NCBI RefSeq assembly: GCF_009914755.1
Contig: NC_060938.1
Reading direction: 5' to 3' (one strand)
From: the human T2T-CHM13v2.0 reference genome, Homo sapiens
Length of the DNA stretch: 64,000 nucleotides
How positions within the stretch are numbered: position 1 is the stretch's first letter; each line of letters starts with the position of its first letter. Made by a program: the position numbers and the translations under genes. Below, piece by piece: positions 38,169-51,729 of the stretch. The notes beneath the pieces are model-generated. The model was not told the origin of the DNA. It searched no databases and was given only the letters and a program-made list of their open reading frames with translations.

Positions 38169-41100
38169 GACAAAACTATCTGCCTGAGACCTATTACATA
38201 GGTTTAGCCCAGTTTCATTAACCCCCAAACAGTACTTCTTGGGATGGAGATGGGCTGACAGAGAATAAATCAGCTGTATCAACACCCGATGTGCTGATTC
38301 CCTAAGCAGAATAGTAGGAAAGTTGGCCAATTTTTCCGTATGACAATTCCCTGAATATTGTTTGCAGTTCTCTAGCCCACCTCTAGTCTTCATATTGCCT
38401 TCTGTGAAGGAAAAGGCAGCCTAGCAACCTCCGCTGAGTCTTCTGGGCTAAAGAGACTGCATCAGCCCGGCCTATGCTGCTGACACCCTTGCTGATCCTC
38501 CTCATAGCACCTCCCCTGTTTCTCAAGTTAACCACTTAGCACTGTGAATAGACAGTTGGTATATGACCATCTGTGCTTCCAGGCAAGTCTTTAGATTTCT
38601 ATTCACAGTGCTACATGGTGATATTGAGCCTACGGCCTGGAAGCCTATACTAACAGAACACCTAGAAGCAAAAATACCTTGAGACTCCCTGAATGCAAAT
38701 AAAGCTTCCTTTGTGCTGCACTGATAAACTGGAAACACCAGAGAAGCAACAATTAGGACTCCTGCACAGACCTCTCATAGAAAGTTTGGCTTTCCCTGGT
38801 GGCCCTTCAAACATTACCCCACTTCTTTTGTAGCCACTGTATGGAAAGGACACTACTATATATGTCAGGCCGTAGCAACATATCAGGACCTACATCAGCT
38901 GCCAGAGCAAGTGGGTGGTGGGAAGTGATTGAGTAGGGGTGGAAGAGGGCGGTGGGGCAGTGTCTAGACTACAAGTCCTGTTTAAGGGGTTTTTCTTCCA
39001 TCCTATGTGTCTTAGGGGCAGTGCAACTTCAGGTGTAGAGGAATAAAAGCAAGCATTTTCCATGTTTCCCCACACCCTCTCTTCCAGGTGGAGATCTGCA
39101 TACATTTCTCAGAGAACAAGATAAGCCAAAAATAAGAAGTAAAGAGCCAAAAATATGCCCTGAAAAAATAATGTAAATAAATGTAGGGGTTTTTTTTTTC
39201 CTTTTTCATCCAGATCCTGCTCTCAATTATTTTTTAATACCTTAGTTATGGACAGTTGGAATGAAACATTCTAGGTAGCTGTTCTGAGACACAGTAAATA
39301 AGCCCATTTATTATTTCTTGGAGTGGTCTGAACTATGCAATCATTCTTTCTCTTGGCCCCTACCCTTTGCTTTCCAAGTGAATTGAGTTGAATTCATTAT
39401 GAGACATTTTATTGTATCATGCTCCTCCTTGCTAAATACCTGACTGATTTCATTGTTTTCTCAGGCCATGAACCTAAAAAGCTAACTGGCAGAAGGAAGT
39501 GTGTTCTTTTCCAGTGCACATCCATCCCACAGGAGGGGTTTCCGAGTGTATGCTACTGTTCCAAATGCCTGGCTATTGATCCTGATATTGCACAATTTTT
39601 CAATAAAGATCTTAATCACACAGACATAAATTGGCAGACATACTGCGAGAGAGATGCAGATGGCTTCTCTGACTAGAAATGCCTGCAGGCAATCGCATAC
39701 CACGTCAGGGAGCTTATCATTCCTTAAATATTTATGTTTGTTTCCTCCATTATGAAATTACCACATCCCTCTCAAGAATCCTACCAAATATGTCTACTGT
39801 CCGAGGGGATTTCTTTTTCTTTTACTGTGGCTTTCCAGATAGTAAGTACATAACTTTAAAACTCACCGAAGGTCTGGGGACTCTCTGGTTGCAGGAGAGG
39901 GGTGTGAATGCACCGATTTTTCTAACATTTCTCTTTTTCCTAACTGCACAGAGACGTCACTCCACATATGCTCATTCTTCCAGGAAGCACAGCTCAGAAC
40001 AGTAGTGAACCTAAAGTCTAGCAAATCTTGGACTCATCATTTATAACTCTTTTCCTTCTGTTACTTGCCATGAAATCTTAAGATTATACAATCAGATACA
40101 TTTTTGTGAAGTGACCTTTTTAATATACTTAGCTCCACTTTTGCTATCAGCAAAATGGGGACAAACAAATCTGCCGCCACCTCAGTGAAGAAAGAATGAA
40201 TAGCTTGGCTCCCCTGGGGAAGGTGGCATTCTACAGAGCACAAGATAAGTCCTGGCAGAGATGGAAGAAAGGGTCCTTCTCACTCCCAGGTAATTTACAA
40301 CCATGGACCCCAAGATGGGCCAACATCTGTCACAAAAGCCCAGAGATAGCTCCATTTACTTATGTTCCAGCATAAGACCTCATCTTCCTTTTCTTATCTC
40401 CCAAGCTGCTTAGCACATTTTTATGTCCAATAACATTTAGTTAGTGGTTGACTAACTAAATGAAAGATGAACAGTCAGCTTGATTAGTGTCTTATCATTG
40501 TCTAACATATGTACAAAATTTAGTCTTTCAAAAACTAAAATGAAAAGATTGATAGCTCTTGCTTTGAATTATGAAATATCCAAAGAACTCACTGAAAAGT
40601 GTCTTAACTCATTTTGTTATCACATCTCAGTTTTGTCCCATTCAGCAACTTTCTAGGATACAAATTGAAGAGGCTAGAGTCTTATGAATATCCCCTGAAG
40701 CCAAATAGATTATTTCATCCCATATTTTACTTTTCGGAATTTTTTTGGCAGTCTTCTATTTGACACATGTCAAAACATCACTAGTATGTGTTAATATAAT
40801 TTGTTAATTTGTAGAGAGGATGCTGTGAATTCTAGGCTGAATTCAATGGTCAGAGAATGTCTCACCTGGATAAAGATCAATCAGGGTGTCTTTCAGTGTG
40901 TGCCCTAGCATATCTCTACCTGGCTTCTCTGCAATGTTACTTGCATAGTTAACTTAAATTGTATAACTATGACTAGTGTATATACTATAACTACATATAG
41001 CATAAATTATGTCATTCTGCCTATAAAATTTTCATCAACTAAATGAACTGTTAGATTTAGAGGAAAGAGATCAGAGCTAATTAGTTTCTTATTTATTTTT

Positions 41101-41290
41101 GTTATACACAAATAAGTCCTTAATAAGTATCTCTCAGTGATAACCAAGACAGTGGTGGCAAAGATATAGGCACCTGGTGGAGCCGAAAACCCTGAGCATC
41201 ATTGTGTCAGATTTCCTGTCCTGCCACTTTCAGGCTGAAAATTACTCTTTGATCATTTTGCTAATGCTTAAAATATATCCTTGATTCTTT

Positions 41291-42979
41291 GTTTAGAAAT
41301 TTTTTTGCAGGTACATAGTAAGTGTATATATTTATGGGGTACATAAATATTTTGATACAGGCATACAATGCATAATCATCACACTAGGATAAATATGGTA
41401 TCCATCACCTCAAGCATTTATCCTTTCTTTGTGTTATGATCCATTTGTACTCTTAGTTATTTTTAAATGTACAATAAAGTGTTGACTATATTTACCCCAT
41501 TGTGCTGTCAAATACTAGATCTTAATTCTATCTAACCATACTTTTATACCCATTAACCAGTCCCACTCTCCCTACCTCATCCCAGCCTCCAGTAACCATC
41601 ATTCTACCATCTCGATGAGTTCAATCGTTTTAATTTTGATCCCACAAATAAATGAGAACATGCAAAGTTTGTATTGCCGTGCCTGGGTTATTTCACCTAA
41701 CATAATGACCTCCAGTTCTATCCATGTTGTTGCAAATGACAAGATCTCATTCCTTTTTATGGCTCAATAGTACTCCATTATATATGTGTACCACCTTTAC
41801 TTTATCCATTCTTCTGTCGATGGACACTTAGGATGTTTCCAAATCTTGGCCATTGTGAATAGTATTGCAATAAATATGAAAGTACAGACATTTTTTCAAT
41901 ATACTGATTTCCTTTCTTTTGGGTATATACCTAGCAGTAGGACTGCCGGATTATATGATTGTTCTATTTTCAGATTTTGGGGAACCTCTAAACTGTTTTG
42001 CATGGTGGTTGTACTAATTTACATTCCCACCAAGATTATATGAAGGTTCCCTTTTCTCCACATCCTTGCCAGCATTTGTTATTGCCCATCCTTTGGATGA
42101 AAGTCATAACTGGGGTGAGATGATATCTCATTGTAGTTTTGATTTGTATTTATCTGATGATCAGTGATGTTGAGCACCTTTTCACGTACCAGTTGGCCAT
42201 TTGTATGTCTTTTGGGAAATGTCTATTCAGATCATTTGCCCACTTTTTAGTCAGATTAGATTTTTTTTCTGTTGAGTTGTTTGAGCTCCTTACATATTAT
42301 GATGATTAATCCCTTGTCTGATAAAAAGTTTGCAAATATGTTTCCCCATTATGTGGGTTGTCTCTTCACTTTGTTGATTGTTTCCTTTGCTGTGTGGAAG
42401 CTTTTTAACTTGCAATCCCATTTTTCCAGTTTTGCTTGGTTGCCTGTGCTTATGGGGTATTATTCAATAAATCTTTGCCTAGTCCAGTGTCCTGCAGTGT
42501 TTCCCCAATGTTTCCCCAATGATTCATAGTTTGGTGCCTTAGATTTAAGTCTTCAGTTCATTTTGATTTGATTTCTGTATATGACAGATATAGAAGTCTA
42601 GCTGCATTCTTCTGCATATGGATATCCAGTTTTCCCAGCACCGTTGATGGAAGAGACTGTCCTTTCCCCAATGTATGTTCTTGGCATGTTTGTCAAAAAT
42701 GAGTTCAGTGTAGATATATGGATTTATTTCTGGGTTCTCTATTCAGTTCCAATGGTTTATGTGTCTGTTTTTATGACAGTACCACACTGTTTTGGTTACT
42801 ATAGCTCTGTAGTATAATTTGAAGTCAGATAACAGGATTCCTCCAGTTTTGTTCTTTTTGCTCAGGATAGCTTTGGCTATTCTGGGTCTTCTGTGGTTTC
42901 ATAAAAATTTTAGATTTTGTTTTCTATTTCTGTGAAGAATGTCACTGATATTTTGATAGGGACTGCATTGGATCTGTTG
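41291..42979 (-). mobile_element. 5'-truncated L1MA (L1MA2/3-like)
   Basis: L1MA 3' UTR (ggtacatagtaagtgtatatatttatggggtaca) plus ORF2 C-terminal region; TSD tccttgattcttt at 41278-41290 and 42980-42992. Confidence 0.93.
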
Positions 42980-44305
42980 TCCTTGATTCTTTACAGCCAA
43001 AATATTTTATTAACATAAGTTTGAAAACATAAGTTTTCTTAAATAACTCTATAATTAATTCTGAATCTTTTCAATGTTAAAAAGAAGGTTACCCACTAAA
43101 GAAATCACACAAGCTATTTGTCACACAAAACTATTTTGGGTTCTCTTCTCTAAGAATTTTGGAGACATCTCCTCAGCAAAGTAAAGTTTCTTAATGACCG
43201 GAGAGCAACCTGGCCAGGACACCAACTGCATTCTTGCCCACAACTTTAATGGGATACCCTGAACTCTATTAACTGTTATCAAATCACTGTTCTCAAAATG
43301 GAGAGGTCTCACCACTGAAAGTCTAAGATTAAAGCAAAGCATCCCTCCATTTCTCAAAGTCTGTAACCACTACTCTGGTATTATCCTACCCACTCATGCT
43401 TTTCTTTGGTCCTTAAGATTTTTTAAAAACTTCTCTATTTCTAGAAACCTTTGAACTAGATGGAATCAGTTTATTTGAATATCCTTATTGGGTAGGGGCA
43501 CAAACTGCACAAATATTAAATTAACATCTGATAGAATCTCTCATGACTTTGTCCAAATCTAGTCATAGTTCTGGGGACTATGACCACAGCAAATCTCAGG
43601 CTTTCTCAAGGTCCCAGATCCTCAAAGACTTCTGCTGGGCTGGACTAGCCAATACCAACAAGAAGGACAGTGATAATAGTAATGGTAGAAGTAGCAGTAA
43701 CAGTCATAACAGCTATTAACAGAAATCAGGGCACAAAACGAGTAGCCCTACGATGAGGAGCCATAATTCCAAACTTCACAGACAACAGTGGGGCTGATGC
43801 TGATATTTATAACCCAATTAGTCCACAGTCCAGCTTAACTTCAGTAAATGTATCTTCTGTGCAATACGTATTTTTAAACATTGACATTCTCCCTCACTTT
43901 TTTATACCTTTGGGCTTTCAACTGACAGTAAACATTTCAAAATACTACATAGTGCTACAGCAACCCATCAATGGTTTACTTTCAGCACCATTACCATCTT
44001 TGTCTGTACAACATTAATTTGAGTAGTTTATTGCATTATAATCCTATTGTTTAAGAAGAAAATGAAAACAAAGGGCAGGTGCCAGTGATGCAAAACACAG
44101 ATTTCATAAACTTATTCTAATTGAGTTCAAGACAGAAATCATCATAGGTATCAAAAAATAAACTCACAAACTTCACTAACAGACTCCTGAGCACTTGGGA
44201 AAAATTGGTGCATTCTAGCCAGAGTGTCACACTTGTCCAAGGCTGCTGGTTCAGACCTGGTAAACCACAGCCAATCACACTCAAGACAATCAGACTCTCC
44301 ATCTC

Positions 44306-44654
<349 letters not shown>

Positions 44655-45299
44655 TTACGGCCAAGGGCTTCTAAGAAAGAAAAATCTTGGCGCTTGTCTG
44701 GCTAGGTAAATAGCCAGACAAGGGCCAAGATTTTTTTTGAGCCAACATTTTCTGGATTGTTCCCATTTACAATCCAAGTTAACCATGGGCTGGCCATGCC
44801 TCCCCTTGGTGCTCTGCAGACACATGCTTTTTGCACTCTTTGGAAGCAAGCCCATGATAAATAAACCATAACACAATAAATTAAATTTCTATCATGGCAT
44901 CCATCTCCTAGTATGAAAAGAAGCTCCTGATCTTATTCTTTCAAGGTTTATATTTCAAGGCAAAATTTTGGCATAATTTAGAAAGTTTTCTTTTCTATTG
45001 AGTCAGTTTGCTATTTTTGAAATATTGTACAAATAACTCACATACACTGCATGGGGGGGGGGTAAATCATCTATCTTTTAATGAAAAGCATAAGTTATCT
45101 TTAAAAGGAGTCATTTATTTCTTAACATCCCCAAGGCAAAAACCTCCTAAGATGAAGTTAGGACTCTTCCTGTCTCTGCCTTATTTGACACCATATCTAT
45201 AAATCAATTTCTCTAAATCCAGTGATTTTCAACATATTATTTTGGAAGTTTGTTCTCTTCACGTCCTAAAGAAGAAAGGCATTTGGAAATGTGTATTCA

Positions 45300-45440
45300 C
45301 TCCTTCAAGTATTCATTCACTGAACATTCATTAAGTGAGCAGGATTTCTAGAGCACTGTGCTAGGTATCAGCACAAAACAATAGGGATGAATAAAAAGAT
45401 AAGAAAGGACCCCTTCACATCATGAGTTTAGAAGCTTATA
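45300..45440 (-). mobile_element. L2 3' end
   Basis: attcattcactgaacattcattaagtg...gcactgtgctaggt. Confidence 0.55.
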
Positions 45441-45484
45441 GCACATGAACCAAGCACTGAATACCAGGAGCAACTAGAAGAAGC

Positions 45485-45668
45485 CAGTATGGCTCCTGAG
45501 TCTGGTTGCATACAGAGGTTGCTTGAGAAACTGATTAAAAACAAGATTCTTAGGTTCCACCTACAAGACCCAGATCTAGTGAATCAGAGAGGCCTAGAAG
45601 AATCTGAAAATTTCATTTCTATACTGGCCCAGGTAATTCTGAGATTCAGCTCGGTATGGGAATCACTG
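45485..45668. mobile_element. MER5A (hAT-Charlie)
   Basis: cagt...tggttgcatac...gaatcaga...cccaggtaattctga...gggaatcactg. Confidence 0.7.
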
Positions 45669-45806
45669 AGTCTTAAATAACATTCTAGAAGCTAAAAAAT
45701 CCCACACAGCCCCTACCATGACCACCAAAAGCATTTTCATTCATGCTCATGATCCAGATCAAGGTCATTGAGATCCTCATTTGTGAAGCCGCAAAACTAG
45801 ACTACA

Positions 45807-45831
45807 AAAAAAAAAAAAAAAAAAAAAAAAA
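45807..45831. repeat. Poly(A) tract
   Basis: About 25 consecutive A. Confidence 0.9.
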
Positions 45832-46003
45832 GGTCTGACTTGCCCAAAGAGAACTCCAGGAAGAGATGTATCTTTGACTACAAAGCCAACGGTTTCTAGC
45901 TGTCATTGTGCCACTGGAAAGTAAAAAACCTATTTTAGCAGTATGCAAGACTATCTACACAGAATCACAGCTCCTCGGAGCCAGTAGAACTTCATACGTA
46001 GAT

Positions 46004-46284
46004 CAGAGTTCACAAACTCAAATGGTGACAGGTCTCAGCCAGTAACAAAAATGACTGAAGCAGGCTGAAGGGAAGGGGGGTAAAGGGAAAGGATATGCCC
46101 CAACAAAGAGGGCACCTGCTACTCCACTCTGGCAGTCACTTACAATGAAATAATGTGGGCCCAACATGCTAGGAATTCCAAATTTTTAAGAGAAAACAGA
46201 AATCAGATTTGAAAAACTATTGATGCAAGTAAAACAGACTTTTCAGACAGATTTGTCCTGTGGACCACCAGTTTGTAATTCCTG
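46004..46284. mobile_element. MER102-like hAT-Charlie element
   Basis: cagagttcacaaactcaaatg...tgtgggccc...caccagtttgtaattcctg. Confidence 0.65.
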
Positions 46285-46477
46285 ATGTAGACCAAAGTCT
46301 TCATTTGACAAGTGAAAAAATAACCTTGTCCTATTCCTTGTGTCTTTCCGATTTGGCCTGCCGCAGTAAGGAAGGAGACTTGATGAATTAAGTTTTGCTT
46401 TTTATCTTGGCTTTGAATTTTTCAATGTTATTTATTGGTCTTGAGGTTCAAATGTGAGTTTGCTAAAAGTCACACAC

Positions 46478-46852
46478 AGTAGATACTATGCTGCACTGCC
46501 CAGATTCCTGTTACCCCAACCGGCAGGCCTCAGCTCTAAGCCCTCTCCTGAAATTGCATCTAGCTGCTTCACTCTAGGGTGGGTCCCCTTCCTGGGGCAT
46601 CTGGCACGCAATGACTAGAGGGTGCTCCTGTCTAAAGGCCAGCCCCCTTGCCCTAACTCAGTATGATTCTGCAGGGCCTTCCCAGCTTCAGAGCTCCCTC
46701 TGGAGCCAGCTGAAGTCTTGTAGCTGCATCACAGCAAGGCTTCTCTCCATGCCCAATCCTGCTTCCTTTACAAGCATAGATCCCTCCCCAATATACTTCC
46801 TGCACATATTTGGTCTTTGAATCCTGCTTCTGAGGGAACCTGGCCTGCAACA
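46478..46852 (+). mobile_element. LTR16C-like LTR
   Basis: agatact...ctgcccagattcc...cccagcttcagagctccc...gcccaatcctgcttcc...gggaacctggcctgcaaca. Confidence 0.65.
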
Positions 46853-46991
46853 TGGTGCACATGAGTATCTCATTGAAAATAACCTCATCTGTGAAAGCCC
46901 AGATTTGCAAAGTCAAACAATTTTTTGTTTTCACAAAAATTACTTCTGTTGTTTCTTTCACTATTGTTTCACTGGTGTTTGAAAAATGATA

Positions 46992-47457
46992 CAATAGCAG
47001 ATGCCTCCTATTTCACATCTCTTACTCACCTCTGCTTTTAGCCACTGTGTTGAGCAGTTCCAGGAGCCCAGATCTCCTGGCACCACAATGTCCCTCCCAC
47101 CTTAGCTGTGAGCCAAGTTTCTTTCTGCCCTCAGATGTGAGGCCTTTTCTGATGCTGCAAGGGCCCACTGGGCCTTTGAAAACAGAGCCTGGAAAGTTGA
47201 GGGTGTTCACGCCAATGAAGGCTGTGACCCAGTAGATTAGTATTCCAGCCTCCTGTCCTTTAGCCAAGTCCCCATGGCAAGGAACTCCCTTTACCCACTC
47301 CCAGTGCCTTATATACACCCTGACATTGACTTCCCTTTTCGATGTCTCCATCCATCTCTTTGCTTCCTCACTTCTCTTCCTGGTATCACATCCCAAATCA
47401 ACCACGCCAAGTTCCTGTCTATGAGGCTCTGCTTAAGGTGGGACCAAAACTAAGACA
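46992..47457 (+). mobile_element. LTR16A/E-like LTR
   Basis: tagcagatgcc...aaacagagcctggaaagt...gaggctctgctt...aaactaagaca. Confidence 0.55.
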
Positions 47458-47694
47458 CATGTGTCCTCAATTTTTAATAACTCAAAACAAGACAGAAAAG
47501 TATAAAAAATAAAGTAAAAGTCTGCTTTTCAAACATCCCCCTCCAGTCATCTTTCTATGCATTAATGCCCACTTAAACGTAACTTTAAATAAATGGGATC
47601 AACCGAGATACTCTGTTCAGTAAACCTGCAGGTTCCCTCAAACACTGGTCTTACTGGCTACACTTAAAATTCAAATTAACTTCTACAAATTGTT

Positions 47695-47805
47695 TCATCC
47701 ATTCATTTAACAAACGTTTATTTCAGGTCCTCTATGTGTAAGGCACAGTGCTAAGTACTGTAGATGTTATAAAGACATGTCCCATGCCCTTAGGATATTC
47801 ATATT
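47695..47805 (-). mobile_element. L2 3' end
   Basis: catccattcatttaacaaacgtttattt...ggcacagtgctaag. Confidence 0.6.
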
Positions 47806-47949
47806 CATTTTCCAATTCAAGTTTCAGGAGCATACTGATAAACAAATTAAAGCACACCTATTTTCAAAACCACATTAGGACTCTTTGAAATCTAATGCCA
47901 TAGATTTTAATTAAACATTTTTTACCCAGGTAGCATGTACCGGTGAATG

Positions 47950-48150
47950 GATTCCTGGGTTCAAATCTTGGCTCTGCGACTAAGCAGAAGTGTGATGTTA
48001 AGCCTCATTTTTCTTGTTTGTAAAATAAGAGTAACAATTATGATTGTAAATAGTTGTTATGAGGCTAAAATGCCAACCAATGTAAAGAACTCGGCATAGC
48101 ATCTGACACAGAGTAAGCACTGAATACATTTCAGCTATAATAATAGTTAC
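47950..48150 (+). mobile_element. MIR
   Basis: cctgggttcaaatcttggctctgc...tgtaaaataagagtaacaat...tctgacacagagtaagcac. Confidence 0.75.
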
Positions 48151-49042
48151 CATTTTCATCTAACATTAACTTCAGGTCCACTATCTGCATGGATCCAGGC
48201 ACCATGGGAACTGGGCAGACAAATTGGAACTCAAAATACAGACACTGTCCAGTGAGGTTTCTCTCAGCACAGTTTTAACAGCTTGAAGCCCTGTTCCAGC
48301 AACTGAGGACCCAAGGCACAAAGAAAGCATCATGTTCACCTGGTCACTCACCATAACTACAGGGAGATTGGGCTCATTAGCAATCTGGTGCCATGGCCAG
48401 CTGAAGCACACGTGGTGATTTTGCCACAAGTAGAGTTAACTCCAGGCTCCTATCTTGAATACAGCATTTACTAGTCCTGCTGGTAAAACAGCAGGGAAAA
48501 CACAAACAAGAAAGATGCAGAAGGGATGTAAATACCAGATTTGCTTATCTGTCTGAGCAAATATCCTGCTGGCAAGGAGATTCGCGTTATGATTCAACTT
48601 CTCAAGAAGTTATCAAGTCAGGCAGTTGCTCCCCAAGACACACTGTCCCTTCAATATGAGTGGCATGTTCAGAAGGATTTGCTGTCTTCTACCTTTTGTA
48701 GTCCTCATAGCATTCTGTATAGCCCTATTCCTCCTAGATGCTCAATAAATACTTGTTCACAGACTCATTGAATGCTTATAGAGCTCTTTGAATATTGTCC
48801 TAGCAAGGAAAGAGCATAAGAAGTGTAGAGAACTTTTTAGGCAGTGCACCACTTTTGAAATCTGACTTTCTGAAGTCTTTCTGCTTATGCTTTGTAAAAT
48901 GGTTTAAAGAGAGAGAGAGAAAGAGAATGCTGATAAAAATGAAATCAGCCTCATGATGCAGTCATGTGTGTCTGGATGGGAGGGGAACAACGGTGGCTGC
49001 AAGAGAAAAATGCCTGCTACTCCATGCACAAAACATTACAAA

Positions 49043-49172
49043 AAGAAGGAAGGAAGGAAGGGAGAGAGGGAGGGAGGGAAGGAGGGGAGGGGAGAAAGGA
49101 AAGAAAAAGGAAAGGAGAGGAGGAAGGAAAGGAAGAAGGAAAGAGAAGGGAAGGGAAAAGAAAAGAAAGAAA
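49043..49172. repeat. GA-rich polypurine low-complexity tract
   Basis: About 130 bp of only A and G. Confidence 0.9.
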
Positions 49173-49696
49173 ATCTCCATTGGAAAACATCCTAAGGTGG
49201 TGACAAGAACAGGTGGGAGATGATATTGTTTTATAGCCAAGGACAGCAAGCCACTGCCTGAAGATATATTTTGTTTGAACTCTTCACTTGTAAGACTGCT
49301 AGATAGATTTTGTCTGAACTCTTCATTTGCAAGACAACAAAAGATACTGTGCTACAATTAAATTAGAAACACTGGAAACACCAAATCCAAATTCTACAAG
49401 GTAACAATTGGCTGCAGCTTCCTCGTCCTTAGCAGCTGACTCACTTTCCACTTCCCCCTAGTCCCCACCTCTCTCTACCTACCACTGAAGTCATGTGTCC
49501 ATCACCATTTACCGCTATTATCATTTTTCTTACAAAGTTAGGAGGAACATCAAAACTTTGGACTCATGGCTCTGTCAAAAATGCACAAATGAAAGAGACT
49601 AAAAGGATTGTATGTTTTTAAAAATGTTTTTACCCATAGCTTACTTTACTCATTTATGGTACATTCTGGACCTTGGAGGCATTTTAACTTGTGCCC

Positions 49697-50195
49697 TGTG
49701 TTAGTTTCCTATTGTTGCTGTAACAATTTACTAGAAACTTCAAGGCTTAAAAACAACATGAATTTATTATCTCACAGTTGCGGAAGTCAGAACTCCACAA
49801 TGGCTTTCGCTGGGCTAAAAGGAAGGGACCACTAGGGCCACACTGCTCCTGGAGGCACTAGGAGAGAAGCCCCAATCCTTGCTGTTTCCAGCCCTAGAGG
49901 CTGCCACATTCCCAGGTTCATTCCAGTCTGCAATGGCATCACCCCAACTTCCACTTCCAGTCACCATGCTGCCCTCTCTGACTCTCACTTTCCTGCCTCC
50001 CTCTTTCCCTGGTAAGGACCCAGTGATTCCATGGGGCCCAACTAGCTAATCCAGGATTCTCTCCCATCTCAAGATGCTTAATTCAAACACATCTACAAAG
50101 TTCTTTTTGCTATGCATATACGGTAACATATTCCCAGGTTCCAGGGACTAGGACATGGAAACCTTGTCGGGAGGAGGCATTATCATGCCTACCAA
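49697..50195 (-). mobile_element. MLT1D solo LTR
   Basis: tgtgttagtttcctattgttgctgtaaca...taatccaggattctctcccatctcaagat...aggttccagggactaggacatgga. Confidence 0.85.
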
Positions 50196-50484
50196 GTGAC
50201 CCTGTTATGGAGGCCAGGGATTAGTATGCTATTGCTTTCAAAGGAATTTCTAACAAGAAAAGGATAGAAGGAGAACCAAATATTTCAAAACCTTTGAAAA
50301 TAATCCAGTTCAAATTCCATTTCTCAAGTTTTTTAAACCTAAAATGAGGGCAATACAGAAACTGAATGGTGGGGTGGTCATATGCCAGCATTTAAACCCC
50401 TTTCCAAGTATGGAAAATTCCCACCTTAGGAGTTTTGGTGGGAATGAGGACAGCTTTTCCTCACTGGGAACAAATATACTAGGT

Positions 50485-50714
50485 ACGAGTTGAGTAGTGT
50501 ATCTGAAATGCTTGGGACCAGAAGTGTTTCAGATTTTGGACTTCTTTTTGGAATTTTGGAATATTTGCACCAAGTTTACTACCCCTAATTTAAAAATTCA
50601 AAATTCAAAATGCTGAAAAATTCTAAAATTTTGGAGTGTTGACATAAAGCTCAAAGGAAACACTCATTAGAGCATTTTGGATTTTGAATATTCGAGTTAG
50701 GGATACTCCATCTG
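50485..50714. mobile_element. MER46/Tigger4-type element
   Basis: tctgaaatgcttgggaccagaagtgtttcagattttgg...gagcattttggattttg...tagggatactc. Confidence 0.8.
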
Positions 50715-50759
50715 TACTGAGTTTCCCATCTTCCCCTGTGGCTGCGGCCAGGCCTGGGA

Positions 50760-50875
50760 TATGGCTGCACCCGTCAGTACTCACAGACAGGTGAGCATTA
50801 AACAAGATAACACATGAAGCACTTAGCCCAGGGCTTAGTCCATAGGGTAGCTCGGTAAGTAGCAGCTATTATTAA
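50760..50875 (+). mobile_element. MIR fragment
   Basis: gagcattaaacaagataacacatgaagcacttagc...tagcagctattatt. Confidence 0.55.
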
Positions 50876-50899
50876 TTTTAAAATCACAAGGTTAAAACA

Positions 50900-51378
50900 T
50901 TGGCAGAGAACATGAATTGCTCCCCAGTATTCATTTTCCCCTATTTCCTTGGTAATAGAATCGCCAGTTTGTAGCTGGGCACATGGCCACATAGACTAAA
51001 GCATATCCCAGCCTCTTGAGAAGCTCGGTGTTTCTGTGTAACTAGGTTCTGGCCAAAGGAGTAAAAGTAGAAGTAGCCACTTCTAGAAAGTGGCCTGAAA
51101 GGGAGAGGGCATGTACAAATTTGCCTGTCATGCTAAATGGAATGCAAACACGATGGCTGAAGCTTTAGCAAGTTGATTAAACTATGAGGTGGAACCCATG
51201 ACATGAGTGGAATGGAGTGGCAAGAGGGAAGAAATCTCTGAGAATCGTGGAGGGCTCTCACAAACCCTGGGTTGATTACCTTCTGGACTCTTACTTCAGA
51301 GACAACTTCCATGTTGTTTAAGCCTGTGTTATTTTGGAGTTCCATCACTCACCACTGAATCTAATCCTAACTGATGCA
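50900..51378 (+). mobile_element. MLT1J-like solo LTR
   Basis: tggcaga...taactaggttctggccaa...gatggctgaagct...ttgtttaagcc...aatcctaactgatgca. Confidence 0.7.
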
Positions 51379-51729
51379 GAAGATAACTTCTAGTTTACCA
51401 TTCGATACGGGAATCCCCTCTACAACATCTGTGACATCCCTAATGCTAAGTCATCTAACTTTTGTTCCAAGATTTCCAGTTACGAAGTCTTCACTACATC
51501 ACAGGCAGCCCATTCTTATTTTTTAAAGTTGCCTTTGTATTATGCAGTTAATATGTGAATCTATTGCTAGAAAGTATGTTAAAAGTACAGAATAACACAT
51601 TTTCAAGCATGAAGGCCCCCATCGTCTCCACCCACTCCCATGGATTTTCTTCCCCAGAACTAACCATGGTCAACAGTCCAGCATGTGTCTTTCTAGTCTC
51701 CTCCCAATGCCATTACATACATACAAGTA

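Noticed and set aside
48953-49249. K/E/R/G-rich ORFs
   Set aside because: Translation of the GA-rich low-complexity tract
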